This document shows positions 12,782 to 23,099 of a stretch of 64,000 nucleotides of DNA, piece after piece (the first letter of the stretch is position 1; each line of letters opens with the position of its first letter). The stretch spans positions 6,634,001 through 6,698,000 of the forward strand of contig NC_086129.1 of the NCBI RefSeq assembly GCF_963921235.1, written 5' to 3'. Position numbers and translations under genes: made by a program. Source of the stretch: Mobula hypostoma. Its lineage: Eukaryota. The notes below the pieces were generated by a model. That model worked only from the letters and a program-made list of their open reading frames with translations. It made no database searches and was not told the origin of the DNA.

Positions 12782-14683
12782 TTAATTGGGATGTCTGAGT
12801 GAATCCTTTCCCACATTCAGAACAGGAGAGTGGCATCCCCCAGTGTGAATTTGCTGATGTATTTTAAACTCAGACGACCGAGTGAATTCCTTCCCACGAT
12901 CTGAGCAGGTGAGGAGTTTCTCCCTAGTGTGAATTCGGTAGTGCCACACAAGTTTGGATGACAAAGTGAATCCCTTCCCACATTCAGAGCAGCTGAATGG
13001 TCTCTCCCCAGCGTGATCTCGCTGATGTACCTTCAGTTGAAATGACCGAGCAAAACCCTTCCCACATTCAAAGCATCTGAATGGCCTCTCCCGAGTGTGA
13101 ACAAACTGATGTTTCTTGAGTTGAGATGACTCAAAGAATCCCTTCCCACATTCAGAACACGTGAATGGCCTCTCCCCAGTGTGAACTCGCTGATGTACCT
13201 TCAGTCGAGATGACCCAGTGAATCTTTTCCCACATTCAGAGCAGCTGAACGGTTTCTCCCCAGTGTGAACTCGCTGATGTAGCTTCAGTTGACATGACCG
13301 AGTGAATCCTTTACCACATTCAGAGCAGCTGAAAGGTTTCTCCCCAGTGTGGAATCGCTGATGCACCTTCAGTTGAGATGACCGAGTGAATCCCTTCCCA
13401 CAAACTGAGCAAGTGAATGGCCATTCCCCAGTGTGAAGTCGCTGATGTTCCTTCAGTTGAGCTGAATGGGTGAATCCCTTCCCACATTCAGAGCAGATGA
13501 ATGGTTTCTCCCCAGTGTGATCTAACTGGTGTGTCAGTAGTTGAGAATGCCGAATGAATCCTTTCCCACAGTCTGAGCAGGTGAACGGCCTCTCTGCAGT
13601 GTGAACAAACTGATGTTCTTTCAGCTGACTTGAATAGGTGAATCCCTTCCCACATTGTGAGCAGATGAACGGTTTCTCCCCAGTGTGAATTCGCTGGTGT
13701 TTCAAGAGCTGAGATGAACAAATGAATCCTTTCCCACATTCAGAGCAGCTGAACGGCCTCTCCCCAGTGTGAACTCGCTGATGTATCTTCAGTTGAGATG
13801 ACCGAGAAAATACCTTTCCACATTCAGAGCAAGTGAACGGCTTCTCCCCAGTGTGGACTTGCTGATGTTCCTTCAGTTGAGATTGCCAAGTGAATCCCTT
13901 CCCACATTCGGAGCATGTGAATGGTTTCTCCCCAGTGTGATCTAACTGGTGTGTCAGCAGATGAGAATGCCAAATGAATCCTTTCCCACAGTCTGAGCAG
14001 GTGAACGGTCTCTCTGCAGTGTGAACAAACTGATGTTCTTTCAGATGAGCTGAATCAGTGAATCCCTTCCCACATTCAGAGCAGATGAATGGTTTCACCC
14101 CAGTGTGAATTTGCTGGTGTTTCAAGAGCTGAGATGAATGAATGAATCCTTTCCCACATTCAGAGCAGCTGAATGGCTTCTCCCCGGTGTGAACTCGCTG
14201 ATGTACCTTCAGTTCAGATGACCGAGCAAATCCCTTCCCACATTCAGAGCAAGTGAACGGCTTTTCCCCAGTGTGAACTCGCTGGTGTCTCTGTCGATTG
14301 GACGAGTGAGTGAATCCCTTCCCACAGTCTGAGCAGGTGAATAGCCTCTCCTTAGTGTGAACCCGCCGATGACTCTGTAGTGCGGAAAAGCGAATGAATC
14401 CCTTCCCACAGTCTGAGCAGATGAATGGTCTCTCCCCAGTGTGAAGTCGCTGGTGTGTCTGGAGTTGAGAACGCTGATTGAATCCCTTCCCACAGTCTGA
14501 GCAGGTGAATGGTCTCTTCCCAGTGTGAACTAACTGATGTTGTAGCAGGTCGTTTGACTGAATGAATCCTTTCCCACAGTCTGAGCAGGTGAATGGCCTC
14601 TCCCCAGTGTGAACTCGCTGGTGTCTATGTAGTGTTGACGATTGAGTGAATCCCTTCCCACAGTCTGAGCAGGTGAACGGCAT
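12782..14683 (-). CDS. Tandem C2H2 zinc-finger protein, 633 aa, 21 intact plus 1 degenerate finger, no KRAB/SCAN/BTB domain visible
   Basis: 28-aa period CxxC-GKGF-x5-L-xx-H-xxx-H with TGE(K/R)PF linkers; frameshifted 23rd finger at the C-terminus. Confidence 0.88.
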   Translation of the reverse strand: MPFTCSDCGKGFTQSSTLHRHQRVHTGERPFTCSDCGKGFIQSNDLLQHQLVHTGKRPFTCSDCGKGFNQRSQLQTHQRLHTGERPFICSDCGKGFIRFSALQSHRRVHTKERLFTCSDCGKGFTHSSNRQRHQRVHTGEKPFTCSECGKGFARSSELKVHQRVHTGEKPFSCSECGKGFIHSSQLLKHQQIHTGVKPFICSECGKGFTDSAHLKEHQFVHTAERPFTCSDCGKGFIWHSHLLTHQLDHTGEKPFTCSECGKGFTWQSQLKEHQQVHTGEKPFTCSECGKVFSRSSQLKIHQRVHTGERPFSCSECGKGFICSSQLLKHQRIHTGEKPFICSQCGKGFTYSSQLKEHQFVHTAERPFTCSDCGKGFIRHSQLLTHQLDHTGEKPFICSECGKGFTHSAQLKEHQRLHTGEWPFTCSVCGKGFTRSSQLKVHQRFHTGEKPFSCSECGKGFTRSCQLKLHQRVHTGEKPFSCSECGKRFTGSSRLKVHQRVHTGERPFTCSECGKGFFESSQLKKHQFVHTRERPFRCFECGKGFARSFQLKVHQRDHAGERPFSCSECGKGFTLSSKLVWHYRIHTREKLLTCSDRGKEFTRSSEFKIHQQIHTGGCHSPVLNVGKDSLRHPN

Positions 14684-15200
14684 CTTTTCAGTGTGAACTC
14701 GCTCGTGTTCATTCAGTTGAGATGATTTAGTGAATCCTTTCCCACATTCAGAGCAGGTGAATGGCTTCTCCCCGGTGTGAACTCACTGGTGTCACTGTGG
14801 CGTGATTGAGTGCCTTCCCACCGTCCGAGCAGGTCAATGCCCTCTCACTGGTGTATTTTCTGATATACCTTTAGCATCAATAACAGAATGGCTTCCCGCT
14901 TGCAGAACAGGTGGAGCATCTCACTATGGTGTGAACTTGCTGATGTGTCTTCAGACTGGATGACTGAGTGGTTGCCCTCCCTCACACAGAGCGGGTGAAT
15001 GGCCTTTCCCCACTGTGAACTCACTGGCGTGTCTGCGGGTAGCCTGTGAGTGAATCTCTTCCCACACTGAGAGAAGGAGAATGATATCTCACTGCGAACA
15101 ATTCTCTGGCAATTCAGAAAGTCAGATGTTTGAATGCCTTGTACGATTGATGCAGTTGAAGAACTGATCTCCAGTGAACAAATGCTGGTGTGTTCTCAGC
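14684..15200 (-). pseudogene. Upstream zinc-finger repeats, mostly degenerate (probably 5' UTR part of the ZF exon)
   Basis: One intact in-frame finger CSECGKGFTKSSQLNEHERVH before the Met, preceded by TGA (about 14785-14783) and further decayed fingers. Confidence 0.75.
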
Positions 15201-15494
15201 TCCCGGTTCCAGTGAATTACACAGAGTAAAAACAGAAAACTTCATCTCAGAGACAGAATACATCACCAGATGGGATGAGATACTTCTTCACGTCCAAGAA
15301 TCAACACCAGATGTGCTGGTGTTGCAAAGAATAAATTTGGTCGCTCCTTAAATATCCAGACAGAAAAACTGATGTGTTGTTGTGTTTGAGATTCCCATAC
15401 ACAAGTGTTCTGCCATTTCAAACCTGTAAAAATATTTGCAAAAGACATCAATGGGTGAAGGACAATATTTCAGGAGAGATTTCAGTCTGTGGTG

Positions 15495-15890
15495 AGAACA
15501 TAAGAAATAGGAGCAGGAGTCGGCCATCTGGCCCTTTGAGCCTGATCTGCCATTGAATAAGATCATGGCTGATCTGGCCATGGACTCATCTCCACCTACC
15601 TGCCTTTTCCCCATAACCCTTAATTCCCCAACTATGCAAAAATCTATCCGACCCTGTCTTAAATATATTTACTGAGGTGGCCTCCACTCCTTCATTGGGC
15701 AGAGAAATCCACATATTCACCACCCGCTGGGAAAAGCAGTTCCTCCTCATCTCCATCCCAATTTCCCCCAAATCTTGAGGCAATGTCCTCTAGTTCTAGT
15801 CTCATCTACCAGTGGAAACAACTTTCCTGCCTCTATCTTATCTATTCCTTTCATAATTTTACATGTTTCTATATGATCTCCTCTGAATGT
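15495..15890 (-). mobile_element. CR1 3' end fragment
   Basis: MRRNCFSQRVVNMWISLP; tail TCCTATTTCTTATGTTCT on the minus strand. Confidence 0.9.
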
Positions 15891-15949
15891 GAGCTCTGGC
15901 ATCACAATTTTACCAATTTCAACACAAGTTGGGGGTTGTCAACTTGAGA

Positions 15950-17412
15950 TATACCTCAGGATACTGTGGGAAGTGAGGGAGGAAATTGCTGAACCTCTGG
16001 CGATGATCTTTGCACATCAATAGGGAGAGGAAAAGTACCAGAGGATCAGAAGACATTTTTCCCTTTTCAAAAAAGGGATTAGAGATAAGCCGGAAATTAC
16101 AGACCAGTGGTCCTTACTTCAGTGGAGGGCAAGTTGTTGGAGAAGCTCCTGAGAGGCAGGATTTATGAGCATTTGGAGAAGCATAATCTGATGTGGGATA
16201 GTCAGCATGGCTCTGTCTAGGGCAGATCGTGCCTTACAAACCTGATTGAATTCTTTGAGGATGTAACAAAACACACTGATGAAGGTAGAACATTGGATGT
16301 TGTGTACATGGCTTTCAGTGAGACTTTTGATAAGATTCCTCATGCGAGGCTCATTCAGAAAGTAAAGAGGCAAGGATCCAAGTAGAACTTGCTTTCTGGA
16401 TCCAGAATTGGCTTGCCCACAGAAGCCAAAGGTGGTTGTAGATGGTTTGTATACTGCATGGAGGACGGTGACCAGAGGTGTTCTGCAGGGATGAGTTCTG
16501 AGATTCCTTCTCTTTGTGATGTTTATAAATGATCTTGATGAGGAAGTAGAAGGGTGCTGATGACACAAAAGTTGAGGGTGTTGTGAAGAGTGTGGACAGT
16601 TCTCCAGAGGTTACAGCAGGATGCAGATAGGTTGCAGAACTGGCAGATGGAGTTCAACCCAGTTAACTGTACTGTGGCTTATTTTGGTACATCAAATCTG
16701 AAGACAGAACACAATATGATGTTGGGACTATTGGCAATGTGGAGGATCAGCAAGATCTTGTGGTCCATGTCAATTTTACACTCAAAGCTGCAGTGCTGAT
16801 TGACAACGTTGTTTAGAAGGCCTTCATCAACCATGGATCTGAGTTCAAGATTGGTGAGGTAATGTTACAGCTATATAAGACTGTCTTTAAACCCACTTAG
16901 AGTCTTGTGTTCAGTTACCTCATCACAGGAAGGATGTGGATACCATAGAAAGACTTCAGAGGAGATTTACAAGGATGTTACATGGAATGGAGAATATGCC
17001 TTATGAGAATAGGTTGAGTGAACTTTGGAGCGACGGAGGATGAAAGGTGACCTGACAGATGTGTATAAGATGATGAAAGGCACTGATCATGTGGTTAGCC
17101 AGAGACTTTTTTCCTAGGGCTGAAATGGCAAACACGAGGGACATAGTTTTAAGGTGCTCGGAAGTAGGGTCAAAGGGGATGTCAGAGGGAGGTTTTTCAC
17201 ACAGAGAGTAGTAGGTGCATGGAATGCACTGCCAGTGATGATGGTAGAGGCAGATACCATGGAGTCTTTTGGGAGACTGTTAGATATGTACATGGAGCTC
17301 ATGAAAACAGAGTGCAATGCGGTTGGGAAATCCGAGGCAGTTTCTAGGATAGGTTACATGGACGGCAAAGGGCCAAAGGGCCTGTAATATATTCTAGATT
17401 TCTATGTTTCTA
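15950..17412 (+). mobile_element. CR1 LINE, 5'-truncated, in the putative ZNF intron 1
   Basis: NYRPV and SCLTNLIEFFE motifs; 3' part paralogous to 1-857. Confidence 0.9.
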
Positions 17413-18424
17413 TATGCACTCATCTTCGAACAAGGCACGGATCAGACATTCTGACTGACAATCAAAATCTCTGACTGTATTCCCCTCTGTGTGAGAATGG
17501 GCTATTTCTGACTTCAATCAACCTGTGACTTGGCTGAATTTGTCTCTGTCCTTTGGTATTATTTCAAGTTCTAGTCATGTTCCACAAGACTACAAAGAGC
17601 AGTTAGTTTCTACATGTATGATCCTGGAGATTTACTAATTACTCGGATACCCTCCCACCAGCTGATTGACAGTGAGGAACCCATCGATGGCAATGCCAAT
17701 GAATAGAAAGTGGAGGGCAGTGGCTATTCTCATTGGACTGCGGCATTTTTGTGATGTGAAAGCGACAAGTCACTTGTCATCGAGGCAAAGGTGTTTCATA
17801 TCGTTATTTACTCAGAGAGAACTAAATCTGACCGAAGGTTTTATTTCCATACAGCTCAAATTGACATTTTCACTGACTGGAAGGTGAACTCTTCAACCGA
17901 GATTAACTGGGAACTACATTTTTGTTCCGAGTTACTAATCCTCGGATTTACATAGCTGAAACACGGCAGTGTTTGGGAGATTCATTCGCTCCCATTTCCT
18001 TCGACTGTACGGGAACAACGCTTGGTAGTGTCATCCATGACTGCCTCTTTACCCAGAAGGCCCCACGAACCAGAAACCTGTCTGTCAGCCACCGAAAGAA
18101 CCAGCGATGCGCATGCGCCGCAGGAACGGCGGCGGCCCAGCGCTCATCAGCCGAAAGCCTGGCGGCACTGGGTACGGATCGTGGGGCTGAGAAAGAGGGA
18201 ACGGACCGGGGCTGTCCTGGGGTGCAGGACCAGTGCGCCAGGAGCTCACAGTAATAGCCCGTCAATCACGTTTCAGACGCCGCTGATTAATTCTCCACCG
18301 GAGACCCCTCTTACCTGCGGCCGGTCTTTGTGAGCCTCTCGTCTACTGAGCGCATGCGCGATATTTGGGATTACCTCATACCTCTGCGCATGCGCGTGTG
18401 AGCAAACAGAAGGAAATCTGCAGA
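16570..18424. repeat. Segmental duplication copy 2 (paralog of 1-1865)
   Basis: Colinear match with an offset of about 16.56 kb. Confidence 0.95.
18105..18400 (-). promoter_or_regulatory. CpG-rich NRF1 promoter and non-coding exon 1 of the 633-aa ZNF gene
   Basis: GCGCATGCGC at 18109, 18350 and 18386; donor CAG|GTAAGA with GT at 18314-18313; candidate acceptor TTCTCACCACAG with AG at 15488-15487. Confidence 0.7.
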
Positions 18425-18438
18425 CAACATACATCAAA

Positions 18439-18938
18439 GTTTTGGGGCAGAAGGCGTGAGAGAGAGAGTGAGGATGGACAAGGTGCTGTGAGTCGGCTAA
18501 CGGGGTCGGACCCCGATCAGGAGTCCGAGGTCCGTGGTGTTCGGCGAGGAGAGGAGACGGAGACGGACTCCTGTGGAGAGTCTGGTCGACCACCGTTGTT
18601 GGTCCCAGGCGGCAGGTCGAGGTGGTCCGAGGGGATCGCAGGGTGAAGGAGGAGGGTCCTGAGCTCCAACTGTATGTGCACAAAGAGATAGAACTTTGAT
18701 AAGTGTGGCGCCTTTTATTTTCCTTTTTATATTTTATTCTGTCTTAATTATATAATTCTAGTAGTATCTATAAACTATTTCATTTAATCGTATCTGGTGT
18801 ATTGTCTTTTATTTCGGCGGGGTGGGGTACATCACACAGCATCCACACAAACTAATTACCCAGTTTGGCGGGGCCGAGGGCTGTTTCCCTAGACGACAGC
18901 GAGCTGAGCGACCCCAAGGCTTACCAGGGGGCTCGACA
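18439..18938 (+). mobile_element. LTR-like sequence, middle and 3' part
   Basis: Inverted copy of 19768-20087; continues to ...GGGGGCTCGACA; together with the minus copy it gives a TG...CA-type LTR. Confidence 0.6.
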
Positions 18939-18944
18939 AATACA

Positions 18945-19765
18945 AACAACAGGAATTCTGCAGATGCTGGAAATTCAAGCAACATACATCAAAGTTGCTG
19001 GTGAACGCAGCAGGCCAGGCAGCATCTGTAGGAAGAGGTGCAGTCGACGTTTCAGGCCGAGACCCTTCGTCAGGACTAACTGAAGGAAGAGTGAGTAAGG
19101 GATTTGAAAGTTGGAGGGGGAGGGGGAGATGCAAAATGATAGGAGAAGACAGGAGGGGGAGGGATGGAGCCGAGAGCTGGACAGGTGATAGGCAGAAGGG
19201 GATACGAGAGGATCATGGGACAGGAGGTCCGGGAAGAAAGACGGGGGGGGGGGGTGACCCAGAGGATGGGCAAGAGGTATATTCAGAGGGACAGAGGGAG
19301 AAAAAGGAGAGCGAGAGAAAGAATGTGTGCATAAAAAAGAGTAACAGATGGGGTACGAGGGGGAGGTGGGGCCTAGTGGAAGTTAGAGAAGTCAATGTTC
19401 ATGCCATCAGGTTGGAGGCTACCCATACGGAATATAAGGTGTTGTTCCTCCAACCTGAGTGTGGCTTCATCTTTACAGTAGAGGAGGCCGTGGATAGACA
19501 TGTCAGAATGGGAATGGGATGTGGAATTAAAATGTGTGGCCACTGGGAGATCCTGCTTTCTCTGGCGGACAGAGCGTAGATGTTCAGCGAAGCGGTCTCC
19601 CAGTCTGCGTCGGGTCTCACCAATATATAAAAGGCCACATCGGGAGCACCGGACGCAGTATATCACCCCAGTCGATTCACAGGTGAAGTGATGCCTCACC
19701 TGGAAGGACTGTTTGGGGCCCTGAATGGTGGTAAGGGAGGAAGTGTAAGGGCATGTGTAGCACTT
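18945..19765 (-). mobile_element. Young Penelope-like element 3' part (GIY-YIG endonuclease and pLTR)
   Basis: Intact 108-aa ORF GVIYCVRCSRCGLLYIGETRRRLGDRFAEH...PDGMN. Confidence 0.93.
19042..19077 (-). ncRNA. Minimal type I hammerhead ribozyme in the Penelope pLTR
   Basis: Minus strand AGUC-CUGACGA-AGGgucucggCCU-GAAA-CG-UC-GACU: full core, stem I AGUC/GACU, stem II AGG/CCU, palindromic ACGU in place of stem III. Confidence 0.85.
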
Positions 19766-19767
19766 AT

Positions 19768-20301
19768 TACTAGAATTATATAATAGAGAATAAAATATAA
19801 AAGGAAAATAAAAGGCGCCACACTTATCAAAGTTCTATCTCTTCGTGCACAAACAGTTGGAGGTCAGGACCCTCTTTCTTCACCCTGCGATCCCCTCGGA
19901 CCACCTCGACCTGCCGCCTGGGACCAACAACGGTGGTCGACCAGACTCTCCACATGAGTCCGTCTCCGTCTCCTCTCCTCGCCGAACACCACGGACCTCG
20001 GACTCCTGATCGGGGTCCGATCCCGTTAGCCGACTCACAGTACCTTGTCCATCCTCACTCTCTCTCTCGCGCCTTCTGCCCCAAAACCCGCGCATCACAA
20101 TAACTTACAGACACACAGAAAGAATAACATCTATCCCAATTGATTCGTAACATCCTCTTATCAATAACATTATCCAACCAAACTACTAGCGGGAGGACTT
20201 TCTCAGCAGATAATATAACAAAGAAGCCATTTCAATTATAACATAAAAAAGAATCATTGTAATTAGCCTACGCAATAACATAAAAGAAGAAACCCCTTAC
20301 A
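19768..20301 (-). mobile_element. LTR-like sequence, 5' and middle part
   Basis: Starts TGTAAGGGG at 20301 on the minus strand, exactly where a CR1 EN sequence is interrupted. Confidence 0.65.
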
Positions 20302-20630
20302 TTTGAATGCACAGAGCATGAAAATAAAATGGACGATCTTGAAATCCAGCTACAAATTGGCAAATATGTGGCCATCTCTGAAACTTGGATAAAGGATGGC
20401 TGCCATTAGGAGCTGAACGTACAAGGATATAGGGTGTATCTGAAAGATAGGTTAGTAGGCAAAGGGGGCGGTGTGGTTCTGTGTATAAGAAATAATATTA
20501 AATCATTAAAAGGGATAACATAGGATCGGAAGGTGGAGAATCTCAATGCTTTGAGTTAAGAATTGCAAGGGAAAAGGACCCTAATGGCAGTTATATACAG
20601 GGTCCAAATAGCAGCCGGGATATGGATTAT
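20302..20630 (+). mobile_element. CR1 ORF2 start (endonuclease) fragment
   Basis: LNAQS...MDDLEIQLQIGKY...ISETW; similar to 10835-10945. Confidence 0.8.
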
Positions 20631-22265
20631 GGAGGAACATTTCTTTCTGGACACAGATTACCCTCCAACACCACTCTCTTCCCTCTTGCGGAACTAGTCC
20701 TCACTGTCAATTATTACTCCTTTGGCTCCTTCCACTTCCTTCAAACAAAAGGTGTATCCATGGGTACTCACATGTGTCCCAGCTATGCCTGTCTGTTTGT
20801 CAGCTATGTGCAACAGTCTGTTCCAAGCCTAAACAGATGTCACTCCCTCACTTTTCCTACTCCACTGGCGCTGCTGCCTGCACCAATGCCAAACCAGTCG
20901 ACTTCATCGACTTTGCCTCCAACTTCCACCCTACCCTTAACTTTGTCTCGTCCATTTCCAACCCCTCTCTCCCGTTTCTCAATCTCTCCGTTTTTATCTC
21001 TGGAGACAGTTTATCCATTGATGTCACTGACTCTCACAGCTACCTGGACAATACCTCTTCCAACTCTGTTATTTGTAAAAATACCATCCTCTTCAATCAA
21101 TTCCTCCATCTCCGCTGCATCTGTCCCCAGGATGAGGCTTTTCATTCCAGAATGAAGGCGATGACCTCCTTTTTCAAAGAAAGGGGCTTCCCTTCCTCTC
21201 CCATCAACACTGCCCTCCACCACATCTCTTCCATTTCACACACATCTGCTCTCAGCCCATTCTCCCGTCATCCCACCATGGATAGGGTTCCTTCTGTCCT
21301 CACCAGCCTGTGTGTCCACCACATAATTCCCTGTAAATTCCGCCATCTCCAATGGGACCCCACCAGCAAGCACCTCTTTCCCTCCCACCCCCGTCCAGCT
21401 TTCCGCTTTCCATTTGCATCACTCCATATGAGTCCCTTGTCCATTTGCCCCACGCCACTGATCTCCCTCCTGGCACTTATCCATGCAAGTGGAACAAGTG
21501 CCCCACCTGACCCCTCACGTCACTTCACCTGTAAGCCCGTCGGGGGTTATCTGCCGTATCTCCATTCCCGGCGAGACCTCGTGTATATCGGTGAGACACG
21601 ACTGCTTAGCCAAGCACCTGCCCTCCATCTGCCAGAAAAAGCAGGATCTCCCTGTGACACCAATTTTAATTCCACTTCCCATTCGCGTTGTGACGTCAAC
21701 CCATCCCAACCGCCGCCCCCCCCCCCACACGCACACACACACACACACACACACACCACTATTGCAATGAGGCCACACCCAGACTGGAGGAACAACACTT
21801 TATATTCCGTCTGGGTAGCCTCCAACCTGAGGTCATGAATGTCGATTTATTTGAACTTCCGGTAATGCCCCGGCCCCACCTCTATTGCCCATCCCCTTTT
21901 CCCTTTCTCCCCTTATCTCGCCTGCACATCACCTCCGTCTGGTGCTCCTCCACCTTGTCTTTCTTCCATGGCCTGTCCTCTCCTATTGGATTCCCCAACC
22001 TCCAACCCGGTATCTCGTTCACCAGTCAACTTCCCAACTCTTTGCATCTCCCCTCCCAGTTTCACCTCTGACTTTGTGTTTCTCCCTCCTCTCCCCACAC
22101 CCTCTAACACTGACCCCTCATCATTTTCCTTCAGTCCTGCTGAAGGGTCTCGGCCTGAAGCGTCGACTGTACTCTTCCATAGACGCTGCCCGGAGTGCTG
22201 AGTTTCTCCGGCATTCTGTGTGTGTACTTGGATTTGCAGCATCTGCAGATTGTCTCCTGTTTGAA
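20631..22265 (+). mobile_element. Penelope-like element (decayed RT, GIY-YIG and pLTR)
   Basis: FLQTKGVSMGTHMCPSYACLFV and YIGETR; mutated hammerhead at 22133-22168. Confidence 0.9.
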
Positions 22266-22629
22266 ATAAGAAGCCTGCTGGATATTTAACCTTCACAGTT
22301 GCTGAATGCAGAGTGACGTTCAAAAGTGACTGTTGGTTTTCAATACTGTAATTATTACTGTTTTTTATCAAACATTTTATACATTATTGGCCTAAGTAGT
22401 TACATTTTTGTTTGTACAGAGACAGGGAAGTGCTGAAGAAGGGTCTTAACCCAAAATATCAATTATTTTCTCTTTTCCATGCATGTGCTGCCCTGCTGAG
22501 TTCCTCCAGCATTTACATGTGTTGCAATGAGCTGCAAGCTTTGACTAATTAAGAGTGTGCAGTGAAACCTCCCCCATCCACTGTTGAGGAACCTCATTAC
22601 ATCGGCCGTGGATGGTCAGGGCCCACATC

Positions 22630-22840
22630 CCTCTTTTGTGAGGCATCTCCCCGATGTGCAATGGATGTGGTGGGACAGCCCCCTCCCCTGTGAAAAACCA
22701 CTGTCATCAGCCATCGATCTATTAGCATCACCAGCCTCCCTGTGAGAAACCTCCCTCATTGCCAGTGGATGTGCTGGGACCACGAGGCTCCACTGTGAGA
22801 AACCTCCCCCATTGACCATACATGGGTAGGGACCATCATC
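22630..22840. repeat. Ancient tandem repeat of about 52 bp
   Basis: TGTGA(G/A) motif, often followed by AAACCTCCC, recurs at about 22637, 22689, 22741 and 22794. Confidence 0.55.
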
Positions 22841-23099
22841 ATCACATCTACATCGGCCATCCATGGGGAAAATGGAAAAACTCTGGGAGGGATTCAGTGG
22901 GAACTGGAATCTCATCGGTAAGGCTGTGGTCCAGGCCATTCTGCCCCACCGTCCCATGCTGGTAGCTGGAGATTAGCCAGTCCTCCTGCTGAGCCACTCA
23001 GCTCCATCGTACAGCAATGGCTGTCTGAACCCCCCTACCACATGACCTGGGCTCAGACAGTCATGGTGAAATAAAAACAGAAAATATTGGAAAATTCAG

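Noticed and set aside
12782-14683. PRDM9 or KRAB-ZNF identity
   Set aside because: No SET, SSXRD or KRAB exon found, and the fingers are far less homogeneous than in PRDM9.
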